This document shows, one piece after another, positions 41,084-54,710 of a DNA stretch of 64,000 bases. Position 1 is the first letter of the stretch; each line of letters starts with the position of its first letter. The translations under genes and the position numbers were made by a program. The notes under the pieces were generated by a model. That model did not search any database and was not told the origin of the DNA. It saw nothing but the letters and a program-made list of their open reading frames with translations. The DNA is from Marsupella aquatica (lineage: Eukaryota > Plantae > Marchantiophyta): NCBI GenBank assembly GCA_973895155.1, contig OZ316894.1:22663867-22727866 (forward strand), written 5' to 3'.

Positions 41084-41264
41084 CATTAAATTAAGCACCG
41101 AGCTTCTTGGATGCTTGTCTTACCAATGGCATGCAGTAATGGATGTAGAGCAATCCCAAGGTTGGGGGGTGGCTACATTAAATTAAGCACCGAGCCTCTT
41201 GGATGTTTCCCTTACCAACGGCATGCAGTAATGCATGTAGAGCAATCCCAAGGTTGGGGGGTGG
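41084..41264. repeat. Tandem duplication, 92-bp unit x2
   Basis: CATTAAATTAAGCACCGAGC...CAATCCCAAGGTTGGGGGGTGG at 41084 and 41176. Confidence 0.85.
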
Positions 41265-42010
41265 GATGGACCCAAGGAACACACATGTTAATCACATGCA
41301 AATAAACCCCAACAGGGGAATGCACATTCATTGAACTGGGTGGTTCCTAAATTCAAGACTTTCCTAAACTTCTACCTTGCTGTGTTGTGACTCTTTAGGG
41401 TCCCATGGCCGGACTAGTTGTGTTTTGTTTTTCTTGCCCGGCCGCGGAAGCTTTGCACTATCTATTCCCTTTTTCTGGCGGCTTGCATCACTGTGTTAAA
41501 TCTACATCAAGTTGATGTGCGTCGTACACCAGAACATAAAACTTTACACTATTTATGATCGATAAACCAAATGATTTGAACCATATTTGTCTTGGTTTAT
41601 GTTCTAGTTATAACGCATAAATTTAACGCCAGCTCTTGCATCCCCTTGCTTGGTATTGATGCCTTCTCTAGCCCTCCCTCCTCTCTACTCTAAAGACAAA
41701 AGAAAAACAATGGCTTTCCCAAACTTTACCGTCCCTCTGTAAGGTTTGGTTTGTTAGATATCTCCCGTGTTCATTTCCTGCCCTCTGCTCTCTCATCAGA
41801 TTTGCCGTGTCCTTCTTAAAACCCTCGAACCCCCTCGCCACTGTAAACTTTCATGGACTCCATCAATGTCGGTCCTTCAGGTCGGCACTGCTGTGCTCGC
41901 TGCCGGAACACACCAAACCACGGTGATGAAATTCCATGATTAGGGCCGGAAGGCAGTGCCGGTGAGGCATCCGAAATCACCCACAATTCGCTCCAAATAG
42001 TCGAGCATCG

Positions 42011-45000
42011 ATGGACGAGGATGCTGCTGCAGGGGGAGGTTTGGGATTCAGTAAGCATAGAAGAGGTAAAGAGCAAGAGCCCACACTGCATCTGTATGTG
42101 GCCAATTGTGGGCCGGCGGTGGGGCTCTCATACAGTGTCATCAAGGAAGCTTTCGAATCCTTCGGGGAGGTGACAGGGATCCAAGCGGCGGGCGATTCCG
42201 GAACTCGGGTGGTCATCTCTTTCGGAAAGGTGGAGGATGCCGCTGCGGTAAAGGAGGCTTGGAGTGGCCACCCTTGTGATCGTCTTCAAGGCCGAGTGAT
42301 GTACATGCAGTACTCTGTGCCACGGTCCTTACCCATGGTAAAGTCATCAGGCTCTACAATATGTTGCTAAAAGTGGGCAATGTGGTCATTTACATGTGCT
42401 GCATGCTTGTACTACCTTAGGGATTTGTGGTTCAGGTAATCTCATTGAAGTTTTGATTTAGAATCAAGGATGATTGAATTGCTAAGAAAGTGTTCACGTG
42501 CGGTGATTGTGATACGTTTCAATGAGCAGGTTGAGGACCAGGAGCTTGCCATGACCACAGCCGCACAGCTACAAATTCCAGGGCTCGCAATCTACCCAGA
42601 CTTTGTGTCCATTGACGAGGAACAGGTGCGTAGTCCTCGTAATTTTAAATTTATCCATCTATTATACATGAATAACTTAAACCCAATTTTGGAACTGGAT
42701 AAGCACACATTGGCTAGTATATGGTCAGGGTGAAGATGCGCTTCTATGTTCTCCTGAGAGTACCTTACCCAACACGAAGTTTAACAAGGTGCTTACAATA
42801 TAGCTCGTAGTCTTTGAAATGAGAAAGAAGCTAATAAAGCATTTATTTCTATTTTTACGTGGATTGCTAGTGAGGGTACATCGAAATCCAGTTTCAAGTT
42901 CTACTCTAGTCGACATTACTAGATCGATAACTATATTTAGATGGGCGACTATATTTAGTCGCCCTGACCTAAATATTGAAGAGTAGCTCAATATATTGAA
43001 TTTGGGAACGCTCTGAGTGCTAGAGAAGAATTTATTAGAATTTTTGTGGTGTCCTCGATTACGTGAATACTGTGCGAAACCTCAATTCATAATTCTGGAG
43101 GCATAAATATCCGTTCTGCCTCAGAATGGCTTTGCTGTTCCAGCTGTTTGTCTGTCTACCTGGTGTAGAAACAAAGATGTGCCTTGTGTTTATGCCTATT
43201 TGAATCTGACTACTGTTCATGTAATCTCTTCCAAAACTTAAGAACAAGCCACAGGTCACGTCCTAAAACGACAATCAGGATGCTTCATTTCTAGGTTAGG
43301 TGGGAATGCTACAGCAAGGAGATTCAATCCGCTAATGTGAGTGATTCTCCTGTAGATCAATTGTCCTAATGTTTGTGAGATCACCAGGAGCTGCTGGCAG
43401 CTGTAGATCTGTTGCCTTGGCAGAATCTTGCCAAAAGAAGAGTGCAGCATTACGGGTACGAGTTTTTGTACAAGGTTCAAATTCCCTCTTTTCACAGGGT
43501 GTGCTGGTTTTCATCAAATTTCTGGGTTTTCTTGGCGCTGGTTTGCTCCATTTAGTCGCTACAGATAAATTACTTTCTATTTCCATATTGCTTGGATGGT
43601 CCAGTAGCGAATCTGGAAATTTTGGCAAGATGATTTCGTTTCAGAAATATTTAGGAGATGGTATACTCAGTTAAGGTTTGTCCGTGCTGCAGTCAAGGAA
43701 TGTGGACCTCTCACAGAAATTGGGAAACTTGCCAACCTTTGTGGGGAAAGTAGTAGAAAACATTTGCTCACTTACTGAGCTGACTCAGGCAAATGAGTTA
43801 TCTGTACCTCTGGATCAGCTTACGGTATGTGCACATCATCTTCATTAGCTTTCAAAGCTCTGGATGCCACTTGTTTATCTTTAACATGTGCGGAAAGTTC
43901 CTTAGATTAAGCCTAGTCCCCTTAAGAATATATCTGGTGTTAATAGTTTTGCGGATTTATAGTCGTGATTTTAGTGTTGATGAATTTCTATCATGCGCAA
44001 GGAAACTACTGTAGTGCCTCTTTTTGTCTGAGTTTCCTAGAACCATTGCCATCAAGTGTCAGCCAATAATAAACACGAACGGTAATCAATGTCTGTTTGC
44101 AAGAGAATTTTCTTATGCAAACGTCTTTGTTCATTTGTGAGTTCGGAGCATAAGCATTTAGGTAAGGGTGATGAGCATTTTCCGCCAGCTGGTGTTCCTC
44201 GTATCTCAGAAGACCGAGAATGTTTAGTTCACTCATTGCTCATGCTAGCTTGTATGTGGGGGTCTCAAGCAGGTGAATGAGTATCCGAGGGGTGTTGGTT
44301 TGTCACCTCACATAGATACCCACTCTGCGTTTGAAGGCTCCATTATATCATTGTCACTTGCTGGACCATGTGTAATGGAGTTCAGAAGGTATCCGAGTTC
44401 TGATAGTCCTGGAGAAAGTTCCGGGTGTGAAGCTGCTGAAAGCTCTTCTGTAAGCAGTGCATTTGAAAAGTCACCAAATGGAACTTCCAAGAAAGTGATG
44501 GAACGGAAAAAGATTTTCTTACCTCAAAGGTCTCTTCTGATATTGTCCGATGAAGCCCGATATTCGTGGCATCACTACATCCCCCATCACAAGGTACCAC
44601 TCTTTAGGAAGTTAGCATTAAGAGAACATACAAGAGTAATCTTCGGTCTTGCTGTCACAAATTTGTCGTCTGTGTTGGACTTGAGTTGTGCCGGTGATTC
44701 ATGATTCACTGCATCTAGTGTTATCTGCCCAGAATTTGTGATGTCAACTTGTTTGATTAGTTCTGTAGTCTGTATCCGGCGACTGTCTCTAATACTCCCT
44801 TCCCTGATTATGACGAATTCTGCCTTCAGGTTGATCAGCTCATTAATGAGACTGTACCCAGAGGCTCTAGGAGAGTTTCATTCACCTTCCGTAAGGTAAC
44901 ACTTAATTGTTGGAGCGATTCTTTAAATAGCTGGAGTATTGAATTTTGCTACGTCTGTTCTGTCATTACTAATTTACCTATAACCCAACTATATCACTGA

Positions 45001-46573
45001 AGTGTTGTTGATTTTTCCTCAGGTGCGTTCTGGACCTTGCCAGTGCAGCTTTGTGAAAGATTGTGACTCCCAGAATTCAGTCCTGTCAGGTTCTCCATTT
45101 CTATCAAATGCAGAGAAGACAGAATGCTCAGACTTAGACAGCTTGGGTGCAGATACCATAGCAGGTCAGGCTCAGGGGGACGTGGGAACAAATTCAGCTG
45201 AACAGGAAAGCCATTCGGATGAGTGGCACCATGAACTTGAACGAGCTGGAACCAAAGTCATAGAGCAACTTGTCTCCTGCCATTTAGACGATTCAAATCC
45301 TTCGGAAAGTATCTTTGAGGATGCTGCCAAACCAATTTCGCTTTCAGCTCCGGACATAGAGAAACTATATGTGCACAAGGTTTATGATGCTATTGCTCCA
45401 CATTTCAGTGCCACAAGGTTTGCGAAGTGGCCAAAGGTTGCATTATTTCTGGATTCCCTGGCTCCTGGCTCCTTAGTTGCTGATTCTGGATGTGGCAACG
45501 GAAAATATCTTGGCTACAATCCAAACTGCGTCTTCATTGGTTGTGACATAAGTCCGCCCCTTGTGGCCATTTGTTCGAGAAAGGGTCACGAGGCTCTTGT
45601 CGCGGATGCTTTAAATCTACCTTATAGGACTGGATTTTATGATGCAGCAATTTCTATTGCGGTGTTGCATCATCTCAGTAACGAACACCGGAGGGTAAGG
45701 GCCATAGAGGAGCTTCTGAGAGTGGTTTGTTCTGGAGGCACGGTTTTAATTACCGTTTGGGCAAGGGAACAGGAGGATAAAAATCTAGCCAAGAAATGGA
45801 CTCCTCTGTCTGACAAGTATGTGGAGGAATGGGTCAAAGATGAAGACCTTACAAATGGCAGGAGGCAGGACCTCTCATTCTCCCTGGACAGAATTCAGGA
45901 AGGGGACGGATGTATAGATTGCAGTATGGGCGATAGACAAGGATCGGGGAATGGATTTGACACTGAGAAGGGAGTCCAAGGAGTAGGCTTAAGGAGTCCA
46001 GCTGACACAAGGAAGCAGCAAGGCTACGAACAAGGTCGGCGTTTGAGTCCTCTTGCATTTTCATGGTCTAGGTTCGCTCTCATTAATTCTCGAGCCCACC
46101 TGGCACATCTCCACGGTATACTTAAACTTTCAGGAGACAGACAGTGAACGTTTCGAGGTATTCTCTGGTAAGGTTTCTGATTATGTCAATGGTGGATGGC
46201 AGGAGACGAAACAGGAAAAGCCATCGAAGAGCAACAAGAGTACTTTGTTCCTTGGCATTTGCCATATCATCGAGCTGAGGCAAATGGTGCATCAGCCGCC
46301 GTAGCCACTGGATTGGCACGAAAAGATGAGAAGAAGGGAACGTTGGTCTATAATCGTTATTACCACATGTTTGCAGAAGGGGAGCTTGAGAGGTATGTGT
46401 CTCTTGTGGGATTCAGTGTGGTTCAGTAAACTGCGGCAAAAAGAATTAGTAGTCGCTCCCGTTGTTAACTTGCGCTTATTTCTCGCAGACTAGCAACAGG
46501 AGTTTCGGGAGCCGAGATCATAGACCGATTCTATGATAAATCCAACTGGTGTATCGTTCTGCAAAAACTTTGA
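42011..46573 (+). CDS. ALKBH8: tRNA wobble-uridine modifying enzyme ALKBH8 (RRM + 2OG-Fe(II) AlkB + Zn finger + Trm9-type SAM methyltransferase), ~771 aa, 9 exons: 42011-42337, 42530-42625, 43388-43474, 43693-43824, 44273-44593, 44830-44895, 45023-46034, 46203-46392, 46489-46573
   Basis: RRM LYVANCGPAVG. AlkB motifs KRRVQHYGYEF, DQLTVNEYPRGVGLSPHIDTHSAF, RYSWHHYI and RRVSFTFR. Zn finger CQCSFVKDCDSQ. Trm9 motifs EKLYVHKVYDAIAPHFSATR, DSGCGNGKY, ISIAVLHHLS, YNRYYHMF and YDKSNWCIVLQK. Phases are consistent; the CDS totals 2316 nt. Confidence 0.9.
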
Positions 46574-47610
46574 TATACTGTCAAGGTGCAATGTAAGGAT
46601 CGATCTTTTTCCTGGTCCTTACTCTCATACTTGTTAAGTTGGTGAATCTTGTATGCTCTCAGCAAATTTGGCAGTTAAAGTCTTACATGTCTAGATTTCA
46701 CGTCTTTTTCTAGAGGGAATGACTTTCTAGCATAAGGGCCCATGTTGTGGTAAATTCATTTAAGGATCCACTGTCCAACACATGGGGATCGAAGAATTTG
46801 CATGTAGTCACAAGTTAGGGTGTCAATGGTCGATGAAGTTGTTACAGCAGAGCGATGTTGGAATCAAATCCAAGGATTTGGAGATGTGGGACAACCTGAT
46901 GCATCTAAATTCACTCTTGAACTTGGTGCACAGTCATAAAAACTTTACTGTATGATAATGGGGCAAGTTAGCAACTCAAATGCGCTCCTTAGACATATTA
47001 GTTAAAATGAATCTCAAAGTGAGTTTAGTTGACAAGAGGAAAACTACTAGTATTGTGTTCCCATTATCCTGTCTACAGAACCATGTACATTCAATGCACA
47101 GCCTGCAGTCCCCGGTGATCAAAGGGACTGAAATGAGAAGATTTATGAACATATGCACACCAAACTCCTGAACTCCCGAACCCAATCAATCGAACTGCAA
47201 TAACTTTAAATAATTTGCAAGAAACTGCGTAACAACTCATAATCTGAAACAAAATTCATTTCGCACTTGAGCCCAATATCTTGCAAACTATCTTATAGCT
47301 TAACCCTATCCGAATGAACTCAGAAGAAGACCTGCATGAATTAATACGAAATTACGAAGGAAAAGGGCGAGCGGGGCGGCCCATAGTCTAGTAATTGAAA
47401 GAGAAAACGAGGCACCTTCCGTCCGCCTGCTCTGCTGGACTTGGACGTCATGCTGTAGCACCGATCTGAAGACTGAGCCGTTCGATCAAATAAGTTGAAT
47501 ACCATACTGAATAGGTGCTGCTCCTCTTTGGTAGCGTGCTGACCGAAATCGCATCATGGTAAATTTCAACATGAAACCGGTCTTATGAAGAAAACAGAAA
47601 GCACGTGTTG

Positions 47611-47800
47611 TTGCAAGTGAAAGTCTTCGGGGCGCTTCATGGTCCCTTTGTCGATTCCCTTCGATTTCGCAGACAAAGGATGGTTACTACCCTAAAACCG
47701 TATGCCATCTGACCTTTCGGAAGACTAGCCCGGACAACCCATTCTTTGAACGTGAATAGAGGGTATGAATAGAGGGTAGTACAATAAAAATATCTTCAAA
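47611..47800. repeat. Dispersed direct repeat, ~170-190 bp; second copy at 49383-49554
   Basis: TTGCAAGT..AAAGTCT..GGGCGCTTC.TGGTCCCT.TGTCGATTCCCTT.GATTTCGCAGAC...ACAATAAAAATATC is present twice. Similarity of the second copy ends where the copia LTR starts. Confidence 0.8.
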
Positions 47801-48049
47801 ATGTATATTTTTTCTATGCATATCTTTGTTTCTATGCACGAATGGTTATGGTGGGGGCATAGGACCCATTTTTTTTAATAATAGAAACAATGACAAAAAG
47901 TATGTATGATTATCATTTGATATATATCATGTCAAGTGTTTTCCATTTGCATGATGAGCCATGGACTTACCTTCTAGAGTCTAGAGTCTTCATTCTAGAA
48001 GCCTAGGCTACAACTCTAGCTTATAGATGACGCTTTATAAATAAGATTC

Positions 48050-48420
48050 CTTTCACCTAGTCAACACCAACTAGCTACCATATCATCAGTGTCAACTTAC
48101 AGGTGATGGGATCCAGTGCTCCTGATTTTGGAAGACAAGAAAGTAAAGGCTCCTTGCCCTCATTTTCACCTGGTCAGCACCAAATGGCTTCCATAGCTCC
48201 AGTACAACAGTATATCATCAGTCTTCTTACAAGTGATGGGACCCAATGCTCCAAATCTTTAAAAAAAATGAAAAGAAAGGCTCCCTTGTTCCCAATTTCA
48301 CCTGGTGAGCACCAAATGGCTCCCATAGCTCCTATATATCAGTATATCATCAATCTAGTTACAAGTGATGGGATCCTATGCTCCATATTTTCCAAAACAA
48401 GTAAAGAAAGCTCCTTGTTA
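48050..48420. repeat. Degenerate tandem array, ~110-130-bp unit x3
   Basis: TTTCACCT.GT.A.CACCAA...TATCATCA.T...TTACA.GTGATGGGA.CC..TGCTCC recurs at about 48051, 48163 and 48296. Confidence 0.75.
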
Positions 48421-49554
48421 CTCTTTTCAGGCCTTCGTTGCCTGCTTGTCCAGCTGGCATGCCTCACCCACAATGATGCTCTCACCCTGTAACCGCCTGG
48501 ACCTCGACTCCTGTTACATCTACACTTGTGCTTCTTGCGCTTGTCAGAATTGTCCTGGAAATATATTTGGTCTAGAGTAATGATTGAGAGAGTAATGAAT
48601 TTTTAAAGATTAGTCCATAGCTGGTCTAGTTTTCATGAAGAATTCAAAGAGTAATGATTTTTTAAAGATTAGTCCATAGCTCACTGTTTGCACTTTGCAC
48701 ATCCAAAAGTTTCATGCACAGCAAACTTTGACATTCAGCATCTTGATATCCAATGGAATCTGATGCTTAGATTCCTTAGTAACCACTCAGAAACACCTTG
48801 CTAATGAGCCTAATATAGTTCAATTTCATTGAGAGTTGAGAGATCTGAAAATTTCCAAAGATGGCCATGGTTTATGCAAGTTGCACACAATTTCATGGTC
48901 ATGGTTTGCGCAAAGTAGAGTACTTAAACTATAGATAAAAAACAAGATGTCTAAAGTGCAACAACCACAGTAATAATTAGCAATTTTGGGGAGAGGCAAT
49001 GAATGTTAGCAACCATGACCATCCAAAGAATATGGATAGCAGTGAGATAGATTTACCTTTTTTTACTATGTCACTCCCAAAATTGAACAAAACTATTAAG
49101 TTGCATCTGCAACTATTTAATTACTACATTGCCCACTTGCAAGGAATCAGATGGCCATAAGTCACTAAGGACAGGATTAATCTATTAGGGCAGCTTAGTA
49201 CTGAAATATTTGTACATTTAAAATACTGTGTACACCTTGGCATAAGGCATATTGGACTCCAGGGGGTGTCAGAGGGAGTGGTTTTACTCCCTCCCCTGGC
49301 CCATGGAACCCAGCTGTTAGGTGCAAGCAGGAGGAAGAAACCTCAGCCCATGTTTCCAAATGCCTTTCCAATTTTTTCTCCTTTGCAAGTAAAGTCTCCT
49401 GGGCGCTTCGTGGTCCCTATGTCGATTCCCTTTGATTTCGCAGACGAAGGATGTTACTTGCTGAAAACCATATGCCATCCGACCTTTCGGAGGACTAGCC
49501 CCGACTACCCTTCTTTGAACATGAATAGAGGGAGGACAATAAAAATATCACCAA

Positions 49555-49668
49555 TGTTAGACTCTACCCGACTTTACCCGTTGACTGGACCAGTCGGTCA
49601 CCCGACACAACTATATGTACATGCCATTCAAGACTCTATACACGGTTATTGGCATTTACATTCCTACA
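49555..49668 (+). repeat. Putative 5' LTR (114 bp) of the copia element
   Basis: TG...CA ends. It starts where similarity of the flanking 49383 repeat stops and is followed directly by CGTTATCAGCAC. The 3' LTR is outside the window, so it is unconfirmed. Confidence 0.6.
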
Positions 49669-50981
49669 CGTTATCAGCACCAAGCTCTTCACCAGCAAAT
49701 GTTTTTTTGAGGAGAAGGCCAGGATTGAATTGAATGTTGAAGAATTGAATCGAACGTGGATAGCTCTCACATAGAATCGGGCGAGGAATGATAAGGACCG
49801 AAGGGCTGAAATATCAAATCAAAATTACACGATAATTGTAGGCAGATTTCAAAGGAGAGAGAAGGAAACTCAAAGAAAAGGAAATCAAAAGGCCATACGA
49901 AGCAGCAAAGGATTCGGACTTATTCGAAGCAGAATGGCAGCAATAAGTCAATTCACTGATTGAAAGAAAGAGCGACTAGAAAGCAGAAGAAACTACATAA
50001 GAAGATCAAAGAGATTGACCCGAGGGTACAATTAAAAGAAGAAAACACCTCGAGGCGAAATGGAATCGCACAGATTGATCCTACAGTGAAGCCGAAGAGA
50101 GAAACAAAAAGAAAATTGAACATAGGAAGCGAAGGAAAATGAAAGCATACAAAAATGAGAACATCAGCAATTGATCAGGAGAAGAGGAAATTGAACCCCC
50201 TATTACACAGCGCGATCGACAGCAGAAATGAGTGGAATCGAAAAGAGGGAAAACGATCAAGTCAGATGGAAGAAGACATTGTGAAACGAGAAGAAAGAGC
50301 GAGTAGAAATCTAAATTTGAAGTCAAAAACTGCTGATGCTGTCACAACTTACTTTCGAAAATGATTGAGATGAGAATTCATGCCTGAGCATAGAACCGTT
50401 GACGAGAAGAGCAGGATGTGGATTGGGGGGGATCCAATTCAACACGAAGCGAAGGTGAAGTCGTGAGGCGCGCGCGGAGCACCTCCCCAAGAAGAAAAAC
50501 CGAAAAAAAAATGCAACAAAACAGCGAAAACATGGCAAGTCCAAAACCCTCTTTAAGTGCACAATCCGTCAAAGCAATTTCCGCATACAAAGAAAACTGT
50601 GCAATTAACCATCTAAGTGCAAATAACCGCAAAACCTCCATAACTGCACACCGTAACAAAGAAAACTTAACTTTACAAAACCGCATATGCACTTAACCAG
50701 GGCACGAGTAAATAATCACCCATAACTGCACAAATTGCAAAACTCCATTACTGCACAATTCAACAAAGGAAAGAGCAAATACAAAGGAAACTTTGCAGTT
50801 AACCAAATAATAAAGTAAACATAAATCCTAAGTGCAAACCCTAAAATTGAATTCCAGATTTGCACGCTCTCTGCACCCAGTCCCACTTTGCATGCCGCAT
50901 AAATGTGCTTTGTCAATTTTTACTATACTTACTAGAACATAAGCCCCAATCACCATTAAAAGGAACCTAGCCACCACCCCG

Positions 50982-53900
50982 ATGGCCAACCTGGAGAAAT
51001 TGACTTTCCCAGCTTTAGAAATCGATGATAACAATTACCTCGAGTGGTCCATGAACCTAAAGGAGAACCTGACCTCCTTAACCCTACTCCTCACTATAGG
51101 GATCGCTCAACCCATACTAGCTGGCGAACCTCAACCAGACCCGTTAACCAAAGCCAATGAATCCAAGGCCCTAGTATTTCTTAGACGCCATATCCATAGG
51201 TTCTTGCAAAGACAATACATGCATCTCTCAACCCCTCGCAAACTATGGACAGCGCTTCAGACCCAATTCGACCACCAAAAATTGGTCGAACTATCTAGAG
51301 CCAGGCAAGAATGGCTAAACCTACGGGTCCAGGATTTTACATCCATTTTAACCTAAAATAGTGAGCTATTCAAAATCACTTCAACCCTTACACTCTGTGG
51401 CGAGCCAGTCGCCGACAAGGACTTGCTAGAAAAGACCTTGTCCACGTTTCACTCTTCGAACGTGTTACTATCAACTCAGTACCGGAACATGAAGTTTGGG
51501 CAATACTCAGAGCTCATCGCCCACCTCCTAGTAACAGAAAGAAACCAAGAGCTTCTTTTAGTTAACTCTAGAAAATGCCCTACAGGTACACTAACCCCAG
51601 GACCACAGAGTGAAACCCATAATATAGAAAACGTTGAACCCTCCACATCAAGGCAGGGTATTAAGCGCATCAGGAATGACAACCAGAGAAACACCCCCTG
51701 TTAATGCCAATACCAATGCCCACAACTTAATTTCCAACTGCCCCTTAGAGGACGCGGCGAACGCGGAGGACGCGGCGGTGGAAGAACATATAACCACAAC
51801 CGAATAAATGATTGGTCACAATCCCGACAACAATGGGAACGCCCAAAATACCACAAATACGGCATGACAAACCACCTAGCAAGAAACTGTAGAATCCCGC
51901 AACACCTTTTGAGACCTATATCAACAGTCCCTCAAGGATGGACAAACCTCTAGGGCACCACCCCGTGAGACCCACGGGGCGTTTATGGAGTCCAGCGACC
52001 TATTTCAAGACTTTTCAGATACACCTGTGTAACCCGAGGCATATTTAGTGGCGGGCAGATCCACAACCCCAGACTTAAATAGCCCTAGCACATGCATTAT
52101 AGATAGTACGACTACGCATACTATCCTCCGGGATAGACTCCTTTTCTACAAGATAACACCCTCACGTAGATCACTGACCACTATCAATGGTCCTAGCCAA
52201 ATAGAAGAGGGCTTCGGCCCAGCTTCTATTAGACTCCCGTAGGGTACATAAATCTACATAGAATCTGCTAGCTTTGCCCCGAATGCAACCCGTAATCTCC
52301 TCAGTTTTAGAGATATACGAGCAAATGGACTCCACGTCCAGACAGGTGATACAAGAGACCAGGAAGTACTCCACTTGGTTGAAAATACCCCTACGGGGAA
52401 AATCATTAAAGAAACTCTTTTCTCGTACCCATGCGGGTTTTACATAACTCAAATTGAATGTTTGCATAACAATGCACAATCAAGTGAATTGCCCACGCTC
52501 TAGCATGCACGCCTCGGCCACCCCGGTCAATCCATGCTAAGCAAAATTATTAAGAATTCACGAGGCATTCCAACCAATATATGCCACATTCCAGCTAGCA
52601 CTCCATGCATTGCATGCTCACGCGACAAACTAATAACAAGGCCCACGACATCAAAATTGCCAACCAAGATACCAAAATTCTTGGACATCATACATGCGGA
52701 TGTTTGCGGGCCAATTAACCCACCGAGCGGACCATTCCGCTACTTTATGGTACTGATCGACACATCAACCAAATGGTCAAATGTGACCCTGCTTTCAACG
52801 AGGAACATGGTTATGCCTCGCATCTTGGCGCAAATCTTGCGCATGAAGGCACAATTTCCCGATCACCCCATTAAGACACTAAGGGTGGACAATGCAGGGG
52901 AATTCATATCTAAAACATTTGACGACTTCTGTACATCACTAGGTATCAATGTACAATATCCTATACCCCACGTGCATTTTCAAAATGGATTAGCTGAAGC
53001 TGTCATTAAACGCCTTCAGCTAATTGCAGGCCCACTACTAATGCAGTCGAAACTCCCCGTCTCAACATGGGGACATGCCATATTACAGGCTAACTCATTA
53101 ATTCAATACCACCCATCAGCTTTCAATACTTATAGTCCATACCAAATTGCTAACGGTATCAAACCCGATCTATCCCATCTTTGTTCATTTGGATGTCAAG
53201 TAATGGTCCCCATTACTCCACCCAAACGAACCAAGATGGGACCCCAACGACAGTTGGGGATATATATCGGATTCGACTCACCGTCCGTCATCAGATATAT
53301 GGAGCCTACAACGGGCGATGTTTTTAAAGCCAGATTTTTAGATTGTCATTTTGATGAACATGTTTATCCACCATCAATAACCCCTGAACACCCACAACCA
53401 CCTTTGGAGTGGGAGAGACATTTGCCATTTTGGCAAGACCTTAGAACCAATCAGGGGGAGAAAGAAGTTCAGCGAATTTTTCAACTCCACAAGATTGTGG
53501 AAGAACTTCCCGACGCTTTTGTCGATACATCACAAGTTACCCGCTCACATATTCCAGCTGCGAGAGCATCCGTTCGTATTGAATTATCAAGTGAACCAGC
53601 AAGTACACCCCAACCTTGTGCCAAACGTGGCAGACCCTTGGGATCAAAAGATAAACAACCCAGAAGGCGTGGTTCATCTATCCCTTCTTCACCTGATGTC
53701 GATCATACTGACTCTACAACTCATGAAGAGATCTCTATCCACTACGCACACACAGGTGCTATGTGGGATAGAAATACTACTTCAATAGACGATACTTTTG
53801 CATTAATGGTGGCAACCCATATCAATGATGATACACCTGAACCACTCTCCATCTTAGAATGCCAAAACAGATCAGATTGGCCTGAATGGCAAAAAGCTAT

Positions 53901-54366
53901 CAACGGAGAATTAGATTCCCTACTAAGCAGACACACTTTTGGCCCAGTTGAGCCAACATCGCAAGATGTACACCTCATTGGCTACAAGTGGACCTTCGTC
54001 CGCAAAAGAAATGATAAAGGCCAGGTTGTACGCTACAAAACACGTATGGTAGGGAAAGGATTTACCTAACAACAGGGAATTCATTACGATGAAACTTACT
54101 CACCGGTTATGGATAGCACAACATTCCGATACCTTATCGGATTTGCCATTTTCCATAAACTTCAGATGCAACAACTGGATGTTGCGACCGCATACCTATA
54201 TGGAACTTTAGACACTTGTCTATACATGCGATCACCTCCCGAGTTGGAGCAACATCGCCGAGCTTTAGCTCAAGGCGCTACATTGCATATTCCATATTTA
54301 CATAAGATTATAAAACCAATTACCTCAAATTACATCTCATGTGTCATCTACACATGTAACTCATAA
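50982..54366 (+). pseudogene. Copia gag-pol polyprotein, disrupted
   Basis: ORF fragments 50982-51356, 51423-51704, 52048-52242, 52534-54069 and 54109-54366 are separated by stops and frameshifts. Confidence 0.85.
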
Positions 54367-54370
54367 CAAT

Positions 54371-54699
54371 TGTCACACCATTCTGAGTAGTGTAGTAGTA
54401 TATCGTGCTATTAGAGTATGTAGTTTGGTATGAGTGCTATTGGAGCCGATAAGGTTCTGTCAGGTTTGTGTGAGAGGGTACTTCTCACTTGTGAGGCATT
54501 GAAAGGTCATCTTTCAATGTTGAGCCTTGGAGAGAGAGGAGCTTGAGTGTGGCTATGGTGGCTGTGAGCTCCGCTTGTGTAACGTGGATTCCTTGAGTAG
54601 TGCAAGGTGCGTTGGCTTGACATACGTGTGTGATCGGATCGGTGCGGGATCGATGGGGTATTGTTGACCGAGATCGTTGTGCCGATTGTATGGAGATTA
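54371..54699 (+). repeat. Terminal repeat B, copy 1 (329 bp); copy 2 at 63498-63826
   Basis: Same length and near-identical; I found one mismatch (CTTGTGTAAC vs CTTGTATAAC). Confidence 0.95.
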
Positions 54700-54710
54700 C
54701 ATTGAAAGAT
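54700..54710 (+). promoter_or_regulatory. Putative self-priming primer-binding site CATTGAAAGAT
   Basis: Lies immediately after repeat B and is the exact reverse complement of ATCTTTCAATG at 54509-54519 inside B. There is no TGG tRNA-type PBS. Confidence 0.65.

Larger units (their letters stand above)
49555..54370 (+). mobile_element. Ty1/copia LTR retrotransposon, Bianca-like, degenerate; interrupted within RT by the gypsy insertion and probably continuing past 63968
   Basis: Short 5' LTR TGTTAG...TACA (49555-49668) followed by PBS CGTTATCAGCAC. Gag MANLEKLTFPALEIDDNNYLEW, protease CIIDSTTTHTIL, GAG-pre-integrase HARLGHPG, integrase IHADVCGP...RVDNAGEF...NGLAE, RT GYKWTFVRKRN...YKTRMVGKGFT...LDVATAYLYG. 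Copia domain order, with several stops and frameshifts. Confidence 0.9.
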
